From a virus (lineage: Duplodnaviria > Caudoviricetes): a stretch of DNA of 39,268 bases. A program made the translations under genes and the position numbers. The notes under the pieces were generated by a model. The model worked only from the letters and a program-made list of their open reading frames with translations. It ran no database searches and was not told the origin of the DNA. The DNA is taken from positions 1-39,268 of the IMG/VR virus record IMGVR_UViG_3300037791_000039; one strand, written 5' to 3'. Of this stretch, positions 27,407 to 38,759 are shown one piece after another (position 1 is the stretch's first letter; each line of letters starts with the position of its first letter).

Positions 27407-27479
27407 GATGAGCTCCTTGGGTGTGCTTGTGAACTAAACAGTAAACAAGCGGGTTAAAAAAAGGGCGCACACTGCTCCC

Positions 27480-28193
27480 TTAGAAAAGTTTGGGGGTGAT
27501 CTCCTCGACCAACAGTTCGAGCTTTTGCAGGCGGATTCGCATGGCCTGGGCCGAAACATGGAAGAGTTCTGCCAATGGTTTAGCGAAGACGTCCATCGCC
27601 ATGTTGCGGTCGGCTTCAAGGTTGCCGTGGTAGTTGCCGATGGGCAGGTCGCCGATTCGAACCGGGTCGTCGTTGCCACGCCACGCTTGCCACGCGTCGT
27701 ACACCATCTGGCGCGGCATGAGCAGGTAACCCGCGAACATGTCGGCTTGGATTTCTTCGCGGGGTTTTGTAGACGATCGACAGACGAACGCCGGCTCACT
27801 GTTCTTCTCGAACAGGTACATAGCTGTAGGGTCGGCGGCGAGCACGTGCTTGTGCAAACACCAGTGCCCCACCTCGTGCGCCAGCGTGAAGTTGAATCGT
27901 CCCCGCATCTTCGGGTTCTCTTCGTACTCGAGAGATTTGTCTACCTTGATCTCACGGCTGCCGAACCAAATACCGCCGAGCACATCGGGATGACCGAGTT
28001 CAGCCTGGAGGTCTGCAATGTAAAACGCGAGTTCTAATTGGAACTCGATGATGTCCTCAACAGGAATGGGCCAGGTAGCGGATTCGCCTTTGCGAGCAAA
28101 CCAGTCGCTGATCAGCTGCTGCGCCTCGTCTTCGATGTATGAGTCGGTGCGATACGGAACTCGTTCTGTGGATACGGTTCGGGCTCGTGCCAT
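27480..28193 (-). CDS. ImmA/IrrE family metallopeptidase
   Basis: RFNFTLAHEVGH and EIQADMFAGYLLMP; TAATG-coupled to the XRE gene. Confidence 0.92.
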   Translation of the reverse strand: MARARTVSTERVPYRTDSYIEDEAQQLISDWFARKGESATWPIPVEDIIEFQLELAFYIADLQAELGHPDVLGGIWFGSREIKVDKSLEYEENPKMRGRFNFTLAHEVGHWCLHKHVLAADPTAMYLFEKNSEPAFVCRSSTKPREEIQADMFAGYLLMPRQMVYDAWQAWRGNDDPVRIGDLPIGNYHGNLEADRNMAMDVFAKPLAELFHVSAQAMRIRLQKLELLVEEITPKLF

Positions 28194-28558
28194 TATTTTG
28201 TGCCCCCCGAGTTCTTCTTGCGTTCAGCTTCTTCAGCCAACTGCTTGATCTGCTCCGGCGTAAGACCCTTGACCGCGCGAAGGAGTGCAGGCAACTCGGA
28301 GTTGCTCTGAAGTATTTCCTCTGATTCTTTTGAGACGCGACCGGCAAGCGTCACCCACTCGTCTAAGTCAGCCCCAAGCAGCTTGGCCATCTTCTCGACG
28401 CGATCGGCCGTCGGTGGTGTCTTGACGTTACCCTGTTCGACCTGGGATAGGTACGTCGGGCTGACGTCGATTACGTGTGCAAACTTGCGGAGGCTATACC
28501 CTTTCGCCACGCGTGTGGCTCTTAGCAGGTCGCCGAAGGCATTATTTGATGTGGCCAT
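28193..28558 (-). CDS. XRE-family HTH repressor
   Basis: FGDLLRATR...SLRKFA...SPTYLSQVEQG. Confidence 0.9.
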   Translation of the reverse strand: MATSNNAFGDLLRATRVAKGYSLRKFAHVIDVSPTYLSQVEQGNVKTPPTADRVEKMAKLLGADLDEWVTLAGRVSKESEEILQSNSELPALLRAVKGLTPEQIKQLAEEAERKKNSGGTK

Positions 28559-28581
28559 GGTCAAAAATCCGGCCCCGGGGT

Positions 28582-28634
28582 TTGACAAGGGAGTGTTTAC
28601 CTTTTAGCTTACACCCTCATAACCGGCGGGTCAA
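28582..28634. promoter_or_regulatory. Overlapping divergent sigma70-like promoters (defence operon and repressor operon)
   Basis: Plus: TTGACA(28582)-17-TAGCTT(28605). Minus: TTGACC(28634)-17-TAAGCT(28611). Confidence 0.6.
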
Positions 28635-28681
28635 GAGCCTGCGCATGAGTGGTCCATTCGATCCTATCGAAGAGAATGCAT

Positions 28682-29737
28682 ATGGCACTTTGGCTCAACA
28701 GATCGGGAAGGCACTGCGAGCACGAAACCAAGTTCCTCGATGAGGGCCGTATTTACCTCACTTGGGGCGGGCTCCATCACAATCTTGGTCAGATCGACGC
28801 CCGTGACGGTCTGATGGCCATTCTCGAAGAGGTCTACCCCAAAGCAGGTCCGAACAAACGCAAGCAAAACTCAAATCAAATCTGGGCCTTCGCCAAACGC
28901 ATGTCCAAAGGCGACTGGGTCTGCATGCCCAGTAAACGCAAGACCATCCACATCGGCGAGATCACCAGCGACTACACGCACGATCCCAAAGCCGAGGATC
29001 CGTACCATCACTTCCGCAAGGTCAACTGGCTCGAAACCGACATCCCCCGCACCAACTTCGATCAAGACCTGCTGCATTCGCTCGGGGCCTTCTCAACCAT
29101 CTGCCAGATCAAGCGAAACGACGCCGAGGAACGCATCAGAGGCATGAAGGCCAACGGCTGGAAATCCATCGGCGTGAAAGCCAAGCCCTCGATTGATGCC
29201 GCCGACGATGAGATTGCCACCGACGAAGAAACAACCGCTCAGTTCGACCTTGAGCAGATCGCCCGCGACCAAATCGCCCGGACAATCTATGCCCAGTACA
29301 AGGGCCACGGCCTTGAGTCCCTTGTTCAAGCCATCCTACAAGCCCAAGGTTTCACCACTCACCACAGTGACAAAGGTGCAGACGGCGGCATCGACATCCT
29401 CGCCGCGCCAGGCACCCTCGGCTTCGGCACGCCACGCATCTGCGTACAGGTCAAAAGCCAAGACTCCGCCCTCGAACGCCCCGTCCTCGATCAACTCGTC
29501 GGAACCATGCAGCACGTTGGTGCTGACCATGGCCTGCTGGTCTGCTGGGGCGGCTTCAAGAAAACCGTCATCGCCGAACTCCCACGCCTCTTCTTCAAGG
29601 TTCGACTGTGGGATCAAAACGACCTGATCGATCAGTTCCTTGCCGTATACGACAAGCTCGACGAAGACCTCCAGGCCGAAATCCCACTCAAACGCGTGTG
29701 GGCCGTAGCGTCTAGCGATACTGATCAAGAAGACTAA
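28682..29737 (+). CDS. mrr: Mrr-family restriction endonuclease
   Basis: C-terminal DGGIDI...VQVK catalytic motif with GLLVCWGGF; start placed at ATG 28682. Confidence 0.85.
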   Translation: MALWLNRSGRHCEHETKFLDEGRIYLTWGGLHHNLGQIDARDGLMAILEEVYPKAGPNKRKQNSNQIWAFAKRMSKGDWVCMPSKRKTIHIGEITSDYTHDPKAEDPYHHFRKVNWLETDIPRTNFDQDLLHSLGAFSTICQIKRNDAEERIRGMKANGWKSIGVKAKPSIDAADDEIATDEETTAQFDLEQIARDQIARTIYAQYKGHGLESLVQAILQAQGFTTHHSDKGADGGIDILAAPGTLGFGTPRICVQVKSQDSALERPVLDQLVGTMQHVGADHGLLVCWGGFKKTVIAELPRLFFKVRLWDQNDLIDQFLAVYDKLDEDLQAEIPLKRVWAVASSDTDQED

Positions 29738-29782
29738 TGCACCGCCCCCAAAGACCACGCAGAAAAAAGAAAACCAACACGC

Positions 29783-31360
29783 ATGACCAGTCAAGCACAA
29801 CGAGACGCCCTACACAAAGCCATCTGGGCCATCGCCAACGATGTCCGTGGTGCTGTCGATGGATGGGACTTCAAGCAGTACGTCCTCGGCGCACTGTTCT
29901 ACCGCTTCATCAGCGAGAATTTCGCCGCCTATATCGAAGCCGATGACGAGAGCATCAACTACGCCGAACTCAACGACGACATCATCACGCCCGAGATCAA
30001 AGAGGATGCGGTCAAGACCAAGGGCTACTTCATCTACCCCAGCCAGCTCTTTGCCAACGTCACCAAGCACGCTAGCGACAACGAGAGTCTCAATACCGAC
30101 CTCGCCGCCATCTTCTCCGCCATCGAAAGCTCCGCCAACGGCTACGCTTCCGAACAGGACATCAAAGGCCTCTTCGCCGACTTCGATACCACCAGCAACC
30201 GCCTGGGTAACACCGTCGCCGACAAGAATAAACGCCTCGCCGACGTCCTCAAAGGCGTCGCCAAACTCGACTTTGGTGACTTCCACGACAACCAGATCGA
30301 TCTCTTCGGCGACGCCTACGAGTTCCTCATCGGCAAATACGCCGCCAACGCCGGCAAGTCCGGCGGCGAGTTCTTCACCCCGACTCACGTCTCCAAGCTC
30401 ATCGCACAACTCGCGATGCACAAGCAGACTAGCGTCAATAAAATCTATGACCCCGCCGCAGGCTCAGGCTCACTGCTCCTCCAAGCCAGAAAGCACTTCA
30501 AAGAGCACATCATCGAAGAAGGCTTCTTCGGCCAGGAAATCAATCATACGACCTACAACCTCGCTCGTATGAACATGTTCCTACACAACATCAATTACGA
30601 CAAGTTCAACCTTAAGCTCGGCAACACGCTCCTCGAACCCCACTTCGATAGCGATAAGCCCTTCGACGCCATCGTCTCCAATCCCCCTTACTCCGTGAAG
30701 TGGATCGGCTCGGACGACCCCACCCTGATCAACGACGACCGCTTCGCCCCCGCCGGCGTCCTCGCGCCCAAGTCCAAAGCCGACTTCGCCTTCGTCATGC
30801 ACGCCCTCAGCTACCTCTCCAGCAAGGGCCGCGCCGCCATCGTCTGCTTCCCCGGCATCTTCTACCGGGGCGGTGCCGAGCAGAAAATCCGCAAGTACCT
30901 CGTCGACAACAACTACGTCGAGACCGTCATCTCCCTCGCCCCCAACCTGTTCTACGGCACCACCATCGCCGTCAACATCCTCGTCCTCTCCAAGCACAAA
31001 ACCGAAACGACGACGCAATTCATCGACGCAAGCGGATTATTTAAAAAAGAAACCAATAACAACGCCCTCATCGACGACGACGATCCAAACAATCCCGGAC
31101 ATATCCAGCAGATCATGCAGGCCTTCGACGCCAAGGACAACGTCGACCACTTCGCCCAATCGATTAGCTTGGAGACCGTTGCCGCCAACGACTACAACCT
31201 CTCGGTGAGCAGCTATGTCGAGCCAAAAGATATGCGAGAGGCCATCGACATCACCAATCTCAACACAGAGATCAAAGGCATCGTCAAGCGGCAAGCGGAA
31301 TTGAGAACAGAGATCGACTTGATAATTGCGAAGATCGAAGAAGCAGAGGTGGAGGCATGA
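29783..31360 (+). CDS. hsdM: Type I RM methyltransferase subunit
   Basis: [21 protein letters not shown]. Confidence 0.96.
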   Translation: MTSQAQRDALHKAIWAIANDVRGAVDGWDFKQYVLGALFYRFISENFAAYIEADDESINYAELNDDIITPEIKEDAVKTKGYFIYPSQLFANVTKHASDNESLNTDLAAIFSAIESSANGYASEQDIKGLFADFDTTSNRLGNTVADKNKRLADVLKGVAKLDFGDFHDNQIDLFGDAYEFLIGKYAANAGKSGGEFFTPTHVSKLIAQLAMHKQTSVNKIYDPAAGSGSLLLQARKHFKEHIIEEGFFGQEINHTTYNLARMNMFLHNINYDKFNLKLGNTLLEPHFDSDKPFDAIVSNPPYSVKWIGSDDPTLINDDRFAPAGVLAPKSKADFAFVMHALSYLSSKGRAAIVCFPGIFYRGGAEQKIRKYLVDNNYVETVISLAPNLFYGTTIAVNILVLSKHKTETTTQFIDASGLFKKETNNNALIDDDDPNNPGHIQQIMQAFDAKDNVDHFAQSISLETVAANDYNLSVSSYVEPKDMREAIDITNLNTEIKGIVKRQAELRTEIDLIIAKIEEAEVEA

Positions 31361-32535
31361 GAAAAACTATGTTCTTAGACAAGATGCTTGATGGCTCTGA
31401 GGTGGGCTGGTTACCACTCGGCAAAGTGTCGGCATACGAACAACCAACCAAGTACCTCGTTAAAACGAAAAACTACGACGATGATTGGGATACTCCGGTT
31501 TTAACGGCAGGCAAGACTTTCATACTTGGATACACAAACGAGACACATGGCATTTACAAGGCTTCACAAAACCCAGTCATCATATTTGACGATTTTACGA
31601 CTGCTAATAAATGGGTTGATTTCGATTTCAAGGCGAAGTCGTCTGCAATGAAGATGATCACATCCGCAGACGAATCCAAGATCCTCATTAAATACATTTA
31701 CTACTGGCTAAACACACTGCCTAGCGAATTAATTGAAGGTGATCACAAACGCCAATGGATCAGCAATTATTCCCATAAGAAAATCCCCGTACCCTGCCCC
31801 GATGACCAAGAGAAATCACTGGCCATTCAAGCAGAGATTGTTCGGATTCTGGATACATTTACAACGCTGGAAGCGGAGCTGGAAGCGGAGCTGGAAGCGC
31901 GTCGCAAGCAGTACCAGTACTACCGCGACGCGCTGCTGACATTCGATAACGCGAGCGAAGCAAGCAAGCAAGCAACAATAGGATGGAAGACGTTGAATGA
32001 AATTTCAAATAATTTAGATTCACAACGCCGACCCATCACGAAGTCGGCACGCAAGGCCGGCAACGTTCCCTACTACGGCGCGTCGGGGATTGTCGATTAT
32101 GTAGAAGGTCATATCTTCGACGGCGACTACCTTCTGGTTTCTGAAGACGGCGCGAATCTACTCGCGCGTGTAACACCGATTGCCTTCTCAATTAGTGGAA
32201 AGAACTGGGTTAATAACCACGCCCATGTTTTGCAGTTTGGCTCTTACGCTGAGCGCAGGTTTGTTGAGTACTACCTGAACATGATTGATCTAACTCAGTT
32301 CATCAGCGGAGCAGCACAACCCAAGCTCAACAAGAAGAATCTGAATAGCATCCAAATACCCGCACCACCGCTTGAAGAACAAGCCCGCATCGTCGCCATC
32401 CTCGACAAGTTCGACGCCTTGGTGAACGACCTGACCGACGGCCTGCCCGCCGAGATCGCCGCACGGCGAAAACAGTACGAGTACTACCGCGACCAATTGC
32501 TGACCTTCCCACAAGCCGAGGAGGCGGCGGCCTAA
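31357..32535 (+). CDS. hsdS: Type I RM specificity subunit
   Basis: Two AT-richer TRDs, each followed by a conserved Q..IV.ILD.F...RRKQY.YYRD.LLTF helix. Confidence 0.95.
   Translation: MRKTMFLDKMLDGSEVGWLPLGKVSAYEQPTKYLVKTKNYDDDWDTPVLTAGKTFILGYTNETHGIYKASQNPVIIFDDFTTANKWVDFDFKAKSSAMKMITSADESKILIKYIYYWLNTLPSELIEGDHKRQWISNYSHKKIPVPCPDDQEKSLAIQAEIVRILDTFTTLEAELEAELEARRKQYQYYRDALLTFDNASEASKQATIGWKTLNEISNNLDSQRRPITKSARKAGNVPYYGASGIVDYVEGHIFDGDYLLVSEDGANLLARVTPIAFSISGKNWVNNHAHVLQFGSYAERRFVEYYLNMIDLTQFISGAAQPKLNKKNLNSIQIPAPPLEEQARIVAILDKFDALVNDLTDGLPAEIAARRKQYEYYRDQLLTFPQAEEAAA
31867..31899 (+). repeat. 12-bp tandem repeat (CTGGAAGCGGAG) x2.75 encoding LEAE in the hsdS spacer
   Basis: Read directly from the sequence. 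Confidence 0.9.
31960..31975 (+). repeat. (GCAA)4 simple sequence repeat inside hsdS, just before TRD2
   Basis: Read directly from the sequence. Confidence 0.9.
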
Positions 32536-32536
32536 G

Positions 32537-33667
32537 ATGAGCCAGGCTCTTACCGACATCGCGCAACAGCTCAAGGACAGCGACAAGAAGGTCCAGTTGA
32601 TCTACGCCTTTAACGGCTCGGGCAAGACCCGGCTGTCGCGCGCGTTTAAGGAGTTGGTCGCGCCGAAGCAGACCGATGTGGATGAGCTAGAAGAGGATCA
32701 ATCCACCCGCATTAAAATTCTTTATTACAACGCCTTCACCGAAGACCTGTTCTATTGGGATAACGACCTAGAGGCGGATGTTGCGAGAAAACTGCGCATC
32801 CAGCCGAACGCGTACACCCAGTGGGCACTCGTCGAGCAGGGCCAAGACCTCAACGCGATCGGGCATTTCCAACGCTACACCGACGACAAGCTGACCCCGC
32901 GATTCAATCCCGCGTTCTCCGAAGTCACCTTCTCCTTCGAGCGAGGGGATAATCAACAGACCGACAATGTCAAAATCTCAAAGGGCGAAGAGAGCAATTT
33001 CATCTGGAGCATCTTCCACGCGGTGCTTGAGCAGGTGATAGATGTGCTCAACGTCGCCGAGCCGGGCGAACGGGAGACCGATCAGTTCGATGAGCTCGAA
33101 TACATGTTCATCGATGATCCGGTCAGCTCGCTGGACGACAACCACCTGATTCAATTGGCCGTTGACCTGGCGGCATTGATCAAGTCCAGCGATTCCAGCC
33201 TGAAGTTCATCGTGACCACACACAATCCGCTGTTTTACAACGTCCTGTTCAACGAATTGAGTAAGGCCAAGAAGTACATGCTGACCAGGGATGCTAACGG
33301 CAGCTACGAGCTAGCAGAACAGGCCACCGACTCGCCGTTCTCATACCACTTATTCTTGATGAATGAACTGGACCAAGCCATCGCCACGGGGCAGATTCAC
33401 AAATACCACTTCAACTTTCTTCGGAATATATTTGAGAAGACCTCGACGTTTCTCGGGCATAAGAAGTGGGCCGACTTACTGCCACAGGTGGAGGGGGGAG
33501 GATCGAATCCCTACGCCAATCGCATTGTCAATATCTCGAGCCACTCCAAACACGCGGGCGATGAAGTGCGCAACCTCACCGATCCGGAGAAGCAGATGGT
33601 AAAACTCCTTGTGGATCACCTCAGAAGCACCTATCGCTTCTGGCAGCCGGAGGTTGAAAATGCCTGA
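32537..33667 (+). CDS. prrC: PrrC-family anticodon nuclease (ABC ATPase plus HEPN)
   Basis: [52 protein letters not shown] and RIVNISSH; located between hsdS and hsdR as in the E. coli prr locus. Confidence 0.9.
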   Translation: MSQALTDIAQQLKDSDKKVQLIYAFNGSGKTRLSRAFKELVAPKQTDVDELEEDQSTRIKILYYNAFTEDLFYWDNDLEADVARKLRIQPNAYTQWALVEQGQDLNAIGHFQRYTDDKLTPRFNPAFSEVTFSFERGDNQQTDNVKISKGEESNFIWSIFHAVLEQVIDVLNVAEPGERETDQFDELEYMFIDDPVSSLDDNHLIQLAVDLAALIKSSDSSLKFIVTTHNPLFYNVLFNELSKAKKYMLTRDANGSYELAEQATDSPFSYHLFLMNELDQAIATGQIHKYHFNFLRNIFEKTSTFLGHKKWADLLPQVEGGGSNPYANRIVNISSHSKHAGDEVRNLTDPEKQMVKLLVDHLRSTYRFWQPEVENA

Positions 33668-36600
33668 CTACACCAAGCCCATCGCGGAATCCAACAGCTT
33701 CATCGTCCTCGACAAGTACACGCGCGCGGCGGATGCGGCGGACTCCTACCAGAGCGAGCAGGATTTAGAACAGGAACTCTTACAAGATCTGCAGAGCCAG
33801 GGCTACGAGTTTGCCGCGGACATCAGAACGCCCGAAGCGATGCTGGCCAACGTTCGGATTCAGCTACAAGAACTCAACGGCATGGCGTTTAGTAATGGCG
33901 AATGGCTGCGCTTCGTTGAAACCTATCTGGACAAGCCCAGCGACACGATCGTCGACAAGACCCGCAAGATTCACGATGACTACATCAACGACTTTGTCTT
34001 TGATGATGGGCACATCCAGAACATCTACCTGGTGGACAAAAAGAACACAGCACGCAACAAGGTGCAGGTGATCTCCCAATTCGAACAGACGGGCACGCAT
34101 GCGAACCGGTACGACGTGACGATCCTGGTCAACGGGCTGCCGCTGGTGCAGGTGGAACTCAAGAAGCGTGGCGTCGCGATCCGTGAGGCCTTCAATCAGG
34201 TCCACCGCTATAGCAAAGAGAGTTTCAACAGTGACAATTCGCTATTCAAGTACCTCCAGCTCTTTGTCATCTCGAACGGGACGGATACCCGGTACTTCGC
34301 CAACACGACCCAGCGGGATAAGAACAGCTTTGACTTTACGATGCACTGGGCGAAGGCCGACAACGGACTGATCAAAGATCTCAAGGATTTCACGGCGACG
34401 TTCTTCCAGAAGAAGACGCTACTAGAGGTGCTGCTGAAGTACTCGGTCTTTGATGTCAGCGATACCCTGCTCGTCATGCGGCCCTATCAGATCGCAGCGA
34501 CCGAGCGGATCATCTGGAAGATCGCCAGCTCGTATGAAGCGAAGACCTGGAGCAAGCCCGAGGGCGGCGGCTACATCTGGCATACAACCGGGTCGGGCAA
34601 GACGCTGACCAGCTTCAAGGCGGCGCGTCTGGCGACAGAGCTTGAATTCGTTGACAAAGTCTTCTTCGTGGTGGACCGCAAGGACCTCGACTACCAGACG
34701 ATGAAGGAGTACCAGCGGTTCTCACCGGACAGCGTCAATGGCTCCGATAGCACAGCAGGACTCCGGCGAAACCTAGATAAAGAAGACAACAAGATCATCG
34801 TCACGACGATCCAGAAGCTCAACAACCTGATGAAGGGCGAGGCGGATCTCCCGGTCTATCAGAAGCAAGTCGTATTTATCTTTGACGAGTGCCACCGCAG
34901 CCAGTTCGGCGAGGCGCAGAAGAACCTTAAGAAGAAGTTCAAGCGGTATTACCAGTTTGGCTTTACGGGTACGCCGATCTTCCCCGACAACGCACTCGGT
35001 GCGGACACCACGTCGGGAGTCTTTGGTCGCGAGCTACACTCATACGTCATCACCGATGCCATCCGTGACGAGAAGGTGCTGAAGTTCAAGGTGGACTACA
35101 ACGATGTGCGTCCCCAGTTCAAGGCGATCGAGACCGAGCAGGACGAGAAGAAGCTGAGCGCAGCCGAGAACAAGAAGGCCCTGCTGCACCCTGATCGCAT
35201 CAATGAAGTCACTCAGTACATACTGAAAAACTACCGGCAGAAGACGCATCGCAATCAAGGGGGCAACACGGGCTTTAACGCCATGTTTGCCGTGAGCAGT
35301 GTCGATGCGGCCAAGTGCTACTACGAGGCGTTCAAGCAACTTCAGTCAGATACTGCCAAGCCTCTGAAGACCGCGACGATCTTTTCTTTTGCAGCAAATG
35401 AAGAGCAGAATGCGGTCGGTGAGATTGTTGATGAGAGCTTTGAAGTGTCGGCTATGGATAGTACGGCTAAGGAGTTTTTGGACGCAGCGATTGCCGATTA
35501 CAACGCCATGTTCAAGACAAACTTTGGCGTCGACAGCAATGGATTTCAGAACTACTACCGAGACCTTGCAAAGCGAGTGAAGAATCAAGACATCGACCTG
35601 CTCATCGTGGTCGGGATGTTCTTGACAGGATTTGATGCACCAACGCTCAACACGCTGTTTGTCGATAAGAACCTGCGCTATCACGGCCTGATGCAGGCCT
35701 ATTCTCGCACGAACCGTATTTACGATGCCACGAAGACTTTCGGCAATATTGTCACATTCCGTGACCTTGAGCAGGCAACGATCGACGCTATCACTCTCTT
35801 CGGCGACGCGAATACCAGAAACGTCGTCCTAGAGAAGAGCTACAAAGAGTATATGGAGGGCTTCACCGATATCGCTACGGGTGAAGCGAGACGTGGTTAT
35901 ATCGACGTAGTTGCAGAGCTTGAGCAGCGTTTCCCCGAGCCCTCTGAAATTGAGACAGAAGCCGACAAAAAGCAGTTCGTCAAGTTGTTTGGGGAGTACT
36001 TGAAGGTCGAAAACGTGCTTCAGAACTACGACGAATTCACCTCACTCAAATCGCTGCAAAGCATCGACCTTGACGATCCCGATGCTATCGAGGATTTCAA
36101 ATCTACGCACTATCTCGATGACGAGGACCTAGCAAAGCTGAAGGAAATCGATGTGCCTTCTGAGCGTGCGATCCAGGACTACCGGTCAACCTACAACGAT
36201 ATACGCGATTGGCTGAGGCGGGAGAAGGCAGCAAAGGAAAAGGAACAGTCGACAATCGATTGGGATGATGTTGTATTTGAAGTCGACTTGTTGAAATCAC
36301 AGGAGATCAATCTCGACTACATCCTTGAGTTGATCTTCGAAAACAATAAGAAGGTTAAAGACAAGTCTGAACTGGTCGATGATGTACGTCGAGTCATCCG
36401 GGCAAGTATCGGCAATCGTGCCAAGGAAAGCCTACTTGTGGATTTCATCAATCAGACCGATCTCGATCAAATTGGCGATAAAGCCAGCGTAATTGATGCG
36501 TTCTTCACCTTCGCCCAAGCCGAACAGCAGCGCGAAGCAGAAGAACTCATACAAAGCGAGGATTTGAACACCGAAGCTGCAAAGCGTTACATCGTCACCT

Positions 36601-36761
36601 CACTGAGACGGGAATTCGCCAGCGAGAATGGCACCGAGCTCAATGCGCTCCTGCCGAAGATGAGTCCGTTGAATCCGCAATATCTGAGCAAGAAGCAAAG
36701 CGTATTCCAGAAGATTGCTGCGTTTGTAGAGAAGTTCAAGGGGGTAGGTGGGAAAGTGTGA
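33660..36761 (+). CDS. hsdR: Type I RM restriction subunit (EcoR124I-like)
   Basis: [39 protein letters not shown]; ATG 33660 with GGAGG RBS. Confidence 0.96.
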   Translation: MPDYTKPIAESNSFIVLDKYTRAADAADSYQSEQDLEQELLQDLQSQGYEFAADIRTPEAMLANVRIQLQELNGMAFSNGEWLRFVETYLDKPSDTIVDKTRKIHDDYINDFVFDDGHIQNIYLVDKKNTARNKVQVISQFEQTGTHANRYDVTILVNGLPLVQVELKKRGVAIREAFNQVHRYSKESFNSDNSLFKYLQLFVISNGTDTRYFANTTQRDKNSFDFTMHWAKADNGLIKDLKDFTATFFQKKTLLEVLLKYSVFDVSDTLLVMRPYQIAATERIIWKIASSYEAKTWSKPEGGGYIWHTTGSGKTLTSFKAARLATELEFVDKVFFVVDRKDLDYQTMKEYQRFSPDSVNGSDSTAGLRRNLDKEDNKIIVTTIQKLNNLMKGEADLPVYQKQVVFIFDECHRSQFGEAQKNLKKKFKRYYQFGFTGTPIFPDNALGADTTSGVFGRELHSYVITDAIRDEKVLKFKVDYNDVRPQFKAIETEQDEKKLSAAENKKALLHPDRINEVTQYILKNYRQKTHRNQGGNTGFNAMFAVSSVDAAKCYYEAFKQLQSDTAKPLKTATIFSFAANEEQNAVGEIVDESFEVSAMDSTAKEFLDAAIADYNAMFKTNFGVDSNGFQNYYRDLAKRVKNQDIDLLIVVGMFLTGFDAPTLNTLFVDKNLRYHGLMQAYSRTNRIYDATKTFGNIVTFRDLEQATIDAITLFGDANTRNVVLEKSYKEYMEGFTDIATGEARRGYIDVVAELEQRFPEPSEIETEADKKQFVKLFGEYLKVENVLQNYDEFTSLKSLQSIDLDDPDAIEDFKSTHYLDDEDLAKLKEIDVPSERAIQDYRSTYNDIRDWLRREKAAKEKEQSTIDWDDVVFEVDLLKSQEINLDYILELIFENNKKVKDKSELVDDVRRVIRASIGNRAKESLLVDFINQTDLDQIGDKASVIDAFFTFAQAEQQREAEELIQSEDLNTEAAKRYIVTSLRREFASENGTELNALLPKMSPLNPQYLSKKQSVFQKIAAFVEKFKGVGGKV

Positions 36762-37185
36762 TTAAGGCGATCCCAGCAGATCGTCCCATCTTGGTTTTCA
36801 ACACCCCCCTACGCCAAACTGCCCTCTGCTTCTCCCAGTCCATCTTAGCCACAATCTGCCGAATATAACGTTCTGTAACGATATCCCGCCCCTCGACGAT
36901 ATACGGCATGTAGAGGATTTCCTCCTGTATGTCCGGCGCAAGATGTAGCAAATTCATGATCTGTGTCATCCGGGGCTGTGAGACGTGGGCCAGTCGGGCG
37001 AGCTCGGACATGTCCCGCACCTTGCCGCTACGCAGCAATTCATCAAAGCGGATCGCCAGCGCCATGAGTTTGCTGACGCGCGGTACGCGACCTGCGGGCT
37101 CTTTCGGCTCAGGTGCCGGTCCGTCGATAGCCAGCTTGCGTTTGCCTTTGATGGCGAAGTGAATCTTCTTGGTGACGGTGGTCAT
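36736..37185 (-). CDS. Small recombinase-associated HTH-like protein
   Basis: [29 protein letters not shown]; ATGA-coupled to the recombinase; overlaps the hsdR 3' end by 26 bp. Confidence 0.75.
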   Translation of the reverse strand: MTTVTKKIHFAIKGKRKLAIDGPAPEPKEPAGRVPRVSKLMALAIRFDELLRSGKVRDMSELARLAHVSQPRMTQIMNLLHLAPDIQEEILYMPYIVEGRDIVTERYIRQIVAKMDWEKQRAVWRRGVLKTKMGRSAGIALITLSHLPP

Positions 37186-38759
37186 GCGGCCTCCTCAAGG
37201 CGTTGGGTGATAAGGGTACGGATGCTTGTCGTGCGGAAGGTGACCGCCACGGTGCCTGCGTCGCCGTCATACTCGACGACCGTCAGCATGAGCTTGAGCA
37301 GGCGGGCTTGCTCGCGGGGGATTAGGCTGTCCCACAGTCCGTCAAAGTCTCCGAAGACCTTCTGGGCTTCAGCCTGGCTGACCGACTCGGCTTCGAGTTC
37401 AGCGATGGCTTGTTCCAACTCGGGCAGGCGTCGGTCGGCCTCGGCCGTCTGCTGGTTCAGGTCAGCGATACGGTTCATGGCCTCGGTCGAGGTGTTCCCA
37501 GCCTCGATCAATTGCCGCAACTCGGCGTGCTGGCGTTTGGCCTCGCGGACCAGTTCGTCGTGCTCGCGGCGTAGTTCCGACAACTCGGCTTCGATGGCGA
37601 CGTGGGCGTCCTTGAGCACCTCGGCCAGCAGGGCCTTGTCCGTGCCTAGACGGCGGACCTCATCGACCACCACACGCTCGATCTCGGCGGCGGGGAGCGT
37701 TCCCACCGTGCATGCCTGGCGACCGCTTTTGATCGCGCGGCTACATCGGTAGTAGCGATGGAACGCCTTCTTGCTGCTGCCGCTGAAGGTGTGGCACATC
37801 GCGGCCTGGCAGCACTTGCAACGCAGGAGGCCCTTCAGGATCGCGCCGTACTTGTTGCGGACCTCTGCGCCTCCCGTCCGCCCGTTGAGAGAGAGCTGGT
37901 GCTGGACCTGGTCGAACGTCTCTTGGTCGATGATCGCCTCGTGCTCGCCCTCATAGAGCTCGCCGTTGTGCTTGATCTTGCCCGTGAGCATCGGGTTGGT
38001 CAGCAGCATGTAAAGCGTGGCCTTGTCAAAGGGCCGACCTCCGAGTTTCTTACCCTTCTTGGTCACGCGACGCTTGTTGACCCAGGTCTTCTGCGAACAT
38101 GCGATCACCACCGGCAGGAGCGATCCCTTCTCAAGGTACATGCGGAAGATCTCGCGGACCCGAGCGGCCTCCCTGGCGTTGATCACTAGCTTGGGGCTGC
38201 CACCAGAGCGGTCCACGTCGTAGCCAAGGATCGGGATGCCGCCGGTCCATTTGCCTCTTCGAGCCTGTGCCGAGAGCTTGTCGCGTATGCGTTCGCCAAT
38301 GATCTCTCGCTCGAACTGGGCGAAGGACAAAAGGATATTCAGCGTGAGCCGGCCCATCGAGTGGGTCGTGTTGAAGTGCTGCGTGACCGAGACGAACGAG
38401 ACGTTGTGTTTCTCGAAGGTCTCCATGATTCGCGAGAAGTCCATCAGCGATCTGCTCAGGCGGTCCACCTTGTAGACCACCACGCAGTCGATCTTGCCGT
38501 TGGTGATGTCGCGGAGCAGGCGGTCCACGGCTGGCCGCTCCATACTCCCGCCGGAGAACCCGCCGTCGTTGTACTGGTCGGGCAGCGTAACCCAGCCCTC
38601 GGCCTTCTGGCTGGCGATGAACGCATCGGCGCTCTCTCGTTGGGCGTCGAGCGAGTTGAACTCCTGATCGAGGCCCTCCTCGCTGGACTTGCGGGTGTAG
38701 ATCGCGCAGCGGATGGTGGGTGTGGTCGTTGGGGGTTTCGTGTTCTTTTGCCTGCTCAT
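37182..38759 (-). CDS. Large serine recombinase (integrase)
   Basis: CAIYTRKS (catalytic Ser), VYKVDRLSRS, recombinase domain, Zn ribbon CKCC...YYRC...C, coiled coil. Confidence 0.95.
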   Translation of the reverse strand: MSRQKNTKPPTTTPTIRCAIYTRKSSEEGLDQEFNSLDAQRESADAFIASQKAEGWVTLPDQYNDGGFSGGSMERPAVDRLLRDITNGKIDCVVVYKVDRLSRSLMDFSRIMETFEKHNVSFVSVTQHFNTTHSMGRLTLNILLSFAQFEREIIGERIRDKLSAQARRGKWTGGIPILGYDVDRSGGSPKLVINAREAARVREIFRMYLEKGSLLPVVIACSQKTWVNKRRVTKKGKKLGGRPFDKATLYMLLTNPMLTGKIKHNGELYEGEHEAIIDQETFDQVQHQLSLNGRTGGAEVRNKYGAILKGLLRCKCCQAAMCHTFSGSSKKAFHRYYRCSRAIKSGRQACTVGTLPAAEIERVVVDEVRRLGTDKALLAEVLKDAHVAIEAELSELRREHDELVREAKRQHAELRQLIEAGNTSTEAMNRIADLNQQTAEADRRLPELEQAIAELEAESVSQAEAQKVFGDFDGLWDSLIPREQARLLKLMLTVVEYDGDAGTVAVTFRTTSIRTLITQRLEEAA

